From contig NC_043003.1 of NCBI RefSeq assembly GCF_006345805.1, forward strand, positions 77,376,001 through 77,440,000: a stretch of 64,000 nt of DNA, in the 5' to 3' direction. The stretch's first letter is position 1. Every line of letters starts with the position of its first letter. Positions 56,892-64,000 of this stretch are shown in pieces. The notes under the pieces are model-generated. The model saw only the letters and a list, made by a program, of their open reading frames with translations. It was not told where the DNA came from and made no database searches. This DNA comes from Octopus sinensis. Lineage: Eukaryota. The translations under genes and the position numbers were made by a program.

Positions 56892-56937
56892 GTCTATCTG
56901 TCTCTCTGTCTATCTGTCTGTCTGTCTGTCTGTCTTT
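56704..56937. repeat. (TATC)n/(TGTC)n microsatellite (others: (TTC)n 43098-43141, (CAA)n 53255-53310, (TATG)n 58483-58570, (AAT)n 59560-59700)
   Basis: Directly visible. Confidence 0.95.
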
Positions 56938-58762
56938 ATAAACTATTTCATTATATAATTAATTCTGGGTAATTATTTAATTAAGTCTTTATCCAATACA
57001 TTGACAAACTAGTCTTTGTTAATAATACTTTCCCCATTCAGACCACATATTCTTAAATGTTTACACAGATAGAGCATTAAAAGCATGGTGTCTATTATGC
57101 ATTTGGTGCGTTTACAACCTCAGTTTGTTAAGCAAACATATTGATTACAACTAATTTCTTCTAATAGTGAAGAAACAAACTGATTCATTATAAATGTGAT
57201 AAATTTGGTTTTGCATCTACAAATGGAAATTCAATGAAAGCTAAATGTGAAAAGTAACGAAGACAAACGTAAAAGTCGTATTTCCATTGTACACTAACAA
57301 GCCCTACGTATCCTTAATTTCTTAGGAACAAAGACTCTTTGTTATCTTTAAAAAAAAATGAAGGACGCATTGGATAATGTAGCCCAGGATGGTCATACGT
57401 AGAATATCATAGGGATGTTCAACTGGGACCGATTAAACAACATCAATTTTAAGAGACGAAATAGTTTTAACATGAAAATACTCATTACGTTTTTTGTAAT
57501 GCAAGGGAAATAATTGTTGAGTTTTCTCCCTTCGTCAATGAAACTACGAAACCTACAAATTTACTAGATAAGGTGGATTTATTTTTTATATTTATATACG
57601 AAAGCTCTATAGAATAACTTTTCTTCTATAGAATAGCTTTTATTTACTGTAGTTGTTTTTGTATTTCCTTCGATATTTACCCAGCTTTTGGTAGAAACGT
57701 TCGCTTTGATTTTGTTACTATTCCTTTAAATAATTCCTTAGTAGCTGCCTGGTCTCTTGATCAGTGGTTCCCAACCTTTTTTAACTGATTGAATCCCCCT
57801 ACCATAGCAATCTTTAATTATCCCGGGTCACATAGACATTAATAGTTTCAAATTTTGCCACAAGGGCAGCTTTTATTCAACTGGTACTTAATTTATCGAT
57901 CCCGAAAGGATGAAAGGCAAAGTCGACCTCGACGGAATTTGAACACAAAACGTAAGACAGACGAAATGCCTATTTCTTTACTACCCACAAGGGGCTAAAC
58001 TCAGAGAGAACAAACAAGGACAGACAAACGGATTAAGTCGATTATATCGACCCCAGTGCGTAACTGGTACTTAATTTATCGACCCCGAAAGGATGAAAGG
58101 CAAAGTCGACCTCGGTGGAATTTGAACTCAGAGCGTAGCGGCAGACGAAATACTGCTAAGCATTTCGGCCATCGTGCTAACGATTCTGCCAGCTCGCCGC
58201 ACTTCATGTTGTAATATGCAGTTAATATTACAGACAGGTTACTCCTGAAAATTTTTTAAAATCTTTAATAGTTCTGTGGGTAAAGACATAACATCAACTT
58301 AACATCCTGGCCAGGTTCTCTTCTGTCCAGGGACTACACTGACATAGGTGCACACATGGACGTGTGGTAAGAAGTTTGCTTCCTCCCTTGGGCAAGTATC
58401 TTCTATTATAGCTTTGGGCTGACCAAGGCCTTGTGAATGGATTTGACAGATGGAAACTGAAACTGTCCAGTGTGTGTGTGTGTATGTATGTATGTATGTA
58501 TGTATGTATGTATGTATGTATGTATGTATGTATGTATGTATGTATGTATGCATGCATGCATGTATGCATTTATGATTGTATGTATGTATGCATGTATATA
58601 TGTATGTACACACTCACATATACACACACGCACACACACACATACACACACACACACACACCCACCCACTCTATTGACAAATACACAAGTGCATATATGT
58701 TTTCTGACTTACAGATTCTTAGACGGTTATATATATATGTATATGTGTGTGTGTGAGTGTGT

Positions 58763-58794
<32 letters not shown>

Positions 58795-59050
58795 ACGCCA
58801 TGTAAAAAGCACTCAGCCCACTCTGTGGAGTAGCTGGTGCCAGGAAGGGTATCCAACTGTAAAATAACATGCCAAAACAGACACAAAAGTTTGGTGCAGG
58901 CTTCTACCTGGCCAACTCCTGTAAAACCATTCAACCCATGGCAGCATGGAAGGAGGATGTTAAATGATGATGATAATGATTATATATGTATGTATGTGTA
59001 TATCAGTATCTATCTATCTATCTACCTATCTACCTGTCTATCTATATATA

Positions 59051-59105
<55 letters not shown>

Positions 59106-59596
59106 ATATGTATATATAATGTATATATATATATATGAATGTATGTATGTATGTATATATATATATATCATCATCATCATCGTCCAAAGGAATAATAATT
59201 TGATGGATAATTGTCAGCTCATTACAGCTGTTTCTTATGCATTACAAAAAACTGTAATCATCAGATGAAATGTAATTTTACCAACAAAAGACTATGCCAA
59301 GAATATAGCCGGGACCTGGCTGAAGCCAGTTGGGGCCAACTATGAAATGGGAAAATGACCAACAAACTTGGCCGTTGAGGTTAAGAATATAGTTTGTGAA
59401 TGTGTGTAATATGATATCTAAAGTTATTAATAATATTAATCATTCAAATGGGGTACTGTTATCAGAAAGCTCAAAAAAATTCAGTAAAAATAAATGCAGT
59501 AAAAGTAAAATCTAAATAAAAATAATAAAGATAACAATAGCAATAACAACAACAACAACAATAATAATAATAATGATAATAATAATAATAATAATG

Positions 59597-59639
<43 letters not shown>

Positions 59640-60219
59640 TGATAATAATTATAACAATAATTAACAATAATTATAGCAAAGATAATAATTATAACAATAG
59701 TAATAACAAGAGCACTCAGAGAGCGCAAACATCTGCCAATGTAACAACAACATCATCTCAACAATTAACCAGAGATGATTTTTGAAATGAGAATATCTGA
59801 AATAAATTTGACCGTTCCCAGAAATGATAATACAGAAAATGAATGCGACTGTTCTCAAAAATTAAGTAAAAAAAAAAAAAAACAGGAAAAATATCTAGAG
59901 TCCTTGTCTGATACTGGATCAATCCCAAAATCTAATCAGTTTGTGTCAGTCACGAGGCCAAACATCCCTGAAAGTTTCATTTGAATCCATCCCGCAGTTC
60001 TTGAGATATCTTATCCAGAGACAAACAAACAAACCTGACTGTAAACAGTACCTCCACCTTACGACTATGTGCAATGATAACAGGGCATTTAGTAACTATG
60101 GTACCAATAGGGACAGTGACCATGCCAGCAACAACACAAATAAAAATGAAAATAAAAATAAAAACAAAAGTTCTTCATACGAACTCCAAACTAATTATAC
60201 GAATAAGAAGCATAGTGTA

Positions 60220-60400
60220 CACAAAGGTAAAAATAGGAATAAACATGATGGAATATGGTATAACCCACCCTTCAATTACATGATAAATACTAATATATGT
60301 AGAAAATTATTTAGCATACTAAAGCTTAATTTCCTTCCTTCATACAAGTATTACTATTTATTCTCTTATATATAAACGTTACGGTATCCTACTCAACACT
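60220..60400 (+). mobile_element. Degenerate Penelope-like element ORF fragment (RT to GIY-YIG linker region)
   Basis: IWYNPPFNYMINTNICRKLFSILKLNF, then NVTVSYS after a frameshift. Resembles the recalled PLE motif IIWFNPPFS..V.TNIG..FL.L...F...SYSC. Confidence 0.6.
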
Positions 60401-61362
60401 CCTCTATCTAGGTATAATTATAGCTGTCCTGAATAAAAAAACACATATCCATGGCTGGGAGTATTAACCCCTTAGAGCACCACCTCTAATAAAAATCATA
60501 GTCGGAATAACAAAAATAAGAACGATTTCAAATTTTTGCCACAAGGTCGGCTTGTAGGAGGGGATTAAGTCGATTACATCAATCCCAGTATGTAACTGGT
60601 ACTTACTTAATCGACCCCAAAAGGCTGAAAGGCAAAGTTGACCTCGGTAGAATTTGAACTCACAACATAGCGATGGGCAAAATACTGCTAAACATCTCAC
60701 CTGGCAGGCTAATGATTCTGCCAGCTGGCCACCTTAATAACAATAGTAGTAATAATATTCCTCCTATCACTTATATCTCAACCAACACTAATACCTTACC
60801 CAACAATACCTATTTCTTTACTACCCACAAGGGGCTAAACACAGAGGGGACAAACAAGGATAGACAAAGGGATTAAGTCGATTACATCGACCCCAGTGCG
60901 TAACTGGTACTTAATTTATCGACCTCGAAAGGACGAAAGGCAAAGTTGACCTCGGTGGAATTTAAACTCAGATCGTAGCAGCAGACAAAATACTTATTTC
61001 TTTACTAGCCACAAGGGGCTAAACACAGAAGGGACAAACAAGGACAGTCAAATGGATTAAGTCGATTATATCGACCCCAGTGCGTAACTGGTACTTATTT
61101 AATCGACCCTGAATGGATGAAAGGTAAAGTCGACCTCGGTAAAGGATAATAAATAAACATTCAATGGGGTGCAGGCATGGCTATGTGGTAAGAAGATTTC
61201 TTTCCTCGCCACATAATTCTGGGTTCAGTCTCACTGTGTGGCACCGTGGGCAAGCATCATCTACTATAGCTTCAGGTTGACCAAAGTTTTGTGAGTGGAT
61301 TTGGTACATGGACACTGAAAGAAGCCATTGTATATATACATATACATACACACACATATATA

Positions 61363-61473
<111 letters not shown>

Positions 61474-61912
61474 CACATATATATATATATATATCAATAA
61501 TACAGTGTTTGGTATATATATATGTATATATGTATATAATATATATATTATATATTTATATGTATATATATATATTATATATATATGTATATATATATAT
61601 GTATATATGTATATATGTATGTATATATATATGTATATATATGTATATATATGTATATATGTATATATATATATTATATATATATGTATATATATGTATA
61701 TATGTATATATATATATTATATATATATATGTATATATGTACTAAGTAATTAAGGGTTTAGCAACGATTTGCCTCACCACACACCGAATTTAGAAATAGC
61801 AGTCAAAGAGTTATGGCTATTCTTTCTACTTAAAAGGGAGATCCCAGTAAAACCACACCACTTATGTATATATGTATATATATATGTGTGTTTATATATA
61901 TATGTATATATA

Positions 61913-61963
<51 letters not shown>

Positions 61964-62141
61964 GTATATATATATACATACTCTCGGAGTGGTTGGCGTT
62001 AGGAAGGGCATCCAGCTGTAGAAACACTGCCAGATCTGACTGGCCTGGTGCAGCCTTCGGGCTTGCCAGACCCCAGTTGAACCGTCCAACCCATGCTAGC
62101 ATGGAAAGCGGACGTTAAACAATGATGATGATGATGATGAT

Positions 62142-62173
<32 letters not shown>

Positions 62174-62178
62174 GATAT

Positions 62179-62310
62179 ATTTATTTTATAGAAGGAGCTT
62201 CTACAGGACTAGTACTGTTTCATTCAAATGAAATCATCAGGAAGCTTCCTGATGATTTCATTTGAATGAAACAGTACTAGTCCTGTAGAAGCTCCTTCTA
62301 TAAAATAAAT
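62179..62310. repeat. Perfect 132-bp spacerless palindrome centred on AAGCTT
   Basis: Arms checked base by base; no mismatch found. Confidence 0.95.
62243..62293 (+). ncRNA. Hammerhead-like motif in a perfect palindrome (also present on the minus strand in the mirror arm)
   Basis: AGCTTC CTGATGA TTTCATTTGAAT GAAAC AGTACTA GTC CTGTAGAAGCT. Intact core and GUC triplet, but stem I has a 5-nt bulge. Confidence 0.5.
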
Positions 62311-62375
62311 TAATTTACTCTGCAATGTATTGAGTACCTTATTTACTGTGGTTAACCCCGACTCAACCCGGGACC

Positions 62376-62410
<35 letters not shown>

Positions 62411-62451
62411 AAGTTTATTTGCCAACGTAAAGTAGCAGTCCTTTTTAACCC

Positions 62452-63475
62452 TAGGTCATCCTATAAGTAACATCAAGGCTTCTATATTATCAATTTGTAA
62501 ATGCTTGAACAGTATTTTAGAATGTCTAATGGCTTCAAGTAATATTTATATGTATTTAGACATATTTAAACTAATTAAATTTCATTTTGCATGATAATCT
62601 AATTGAAATTTCAATAATTATAGCTCTTCAAACATGGAAGTGTCTAATTTATGAATTTATGAATTTATGAATTTATGAATTTATGAATTTAAAAAAGGGA
62701 ACTTCGCAGCTGAAGTGGCTTGAAATATTTACTCAGCTTATGGAGCAGAGTGTCTGAATGAAAGAACTTTGTAAAATTCAGAAGTGGAGATTACAGCCTT
62801 GAAGATGAGGCCTGAACAGGACATTGAATTGAATTTGATGACAAGCTCCTTTTGGCAGAACTTGGAAAATATCATGCAATTTCAGTTGAAGAATTGGCAA
62901 GCAAGCTTCGTTCAAGTCATACAAATGTTCATTACCATCTTCAACAACTTGGAAAGGTCTCAAAACTCAGAAAATGTGTGCCTCATGATTTGTCTGAAGC
63001 CAACCACAAATTCTGAGTGAACATCTGCTCTTCTCTTCATTCTCATGAATTCACCTCACCCTTTTTGGACAGACTGGTGATAAAAAAATGTTTTTTTTTT
63101 TATCAAAATGTTAAGTGTTGTAAACATTGGCTTGATGAAGGGAAAAAGACCTAAACACTACTAAAATGGGAACTTCATGCAAAGAATGTTCTTCACTCTG
63201 TTTGGTGGAATTGTAAAGGAGTCATCCACTTTGAGTTGCTACAATCTAATTCTACAATCAATGCTCAAACCTACTGTCAGCAATTAAAGCATTTGAATGC
63301 TGCTTTGAAATTGAAAAAGTTTTTCCCTAGCGAGATTAAAAAGCTTACAAGTAGATGGAAAGATGTCATAGATAATCAAGGAAACTATATTGACAATTAA
63401 GTTTTATTTAAATGTAATATTAGATCACTTGTTTACCTTATTTAAAATCCAGACATTAGTTATGGGATGACCTGA
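62452..63475 (+). mobile_element. Mariner element copy 2, decayed and internally deleted
   Basis: TIRs taggtcatcctataag and ttatgggatgacctga. Colinear with copy 1. Carries an (AATTTATG)5 expansion at 62646-62690. Confidence 0.88.
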
Positions 63476-63791
63476 CATATATATATCATCATTATCATCA
63501 TCATCGTTTAGCATCCGCTTTCCATGCTGGCATGGGTTGGACGGTTCAACTGGGGTTCAACTGGGGTCTGGGAAGCCAGAAGGCTGCACCAGGCCCAGTC
63601 TGATCTGGCAATGTTTCTATGGCTGGATGCCCTTCCTAACGCCGACCACTCCATGAGTGTAGTGGGTGCTTTTTATGTGCCATGAGGCTGGCAAACAGCC
63701 ACGATTGGATGGTGCTTTTTATGTGCCACCTGCACGGAGGCCAGGCGAGGTTGGCAACAGCCACGATCAGATATATATATATATATACATA

Positions 63792-63830
<39 letters not shown>

Positions 63831-63832
63831 TA

Positions 63833-63882
<50 letters not shown>

Positions 63883-64000
63883 ATATATGTGTACGTGTGA
63901 GTGTGTTTGTCCACCATTTAACAACCAGTGTTGGTGTGTATATGTCCCCCTAATTAATTGGTTGGGCAAAACAGACCAATAAAATAAGTACTATGCTTAA

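Noticed and set aside
57846-58200. Repeat-spacer appearance suggesting CRISPR
   Set aside because: These are tandem SINE fragments in a eukaryotic genome, with no cas genes and no unique spacers.

Overview
AT-rich, microsatellite- and SINE-dense eukaryotic genomic DNA. The repeat families look like those of Octopus, which is an inference from recalled sequence. One protein-coding gene is supported: U2AF2 (U2AF65, splicing factor large subunit) on the minus strand. Seven GT-AG coding exons from 32129 down to 12020 join in frame into 280 codons (RS domain, U2AF35-binding W motif, RRM1, start of RRM2). The remaining exons were not found and probably lie left of position 1. The rest of the window is intron or intergenic sequence containing tRNA-derived SINEs, RTE LINE 3' ends, degenerate Tc1 and mariner elements, non-autonomous Helitrons, MITEs, a Penelope-like fragment and a tRNA-Asp pseudogene. 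Two things stand out. (1) U2AF2 introns carry candidate stop-codon (poison) exons, a 78-nt consensus mini-intron, competing acceptors and a tandem array of TTTCAG acceptor motifs, suggesting U2AF autoregulation reminiscent of C. elegans uaf-1 exon 3. (2) Two fold-back palindromes contain type I hammerhead ribozyme motifs. All coordinates were counted by hand; repeat boundaries are approximate.
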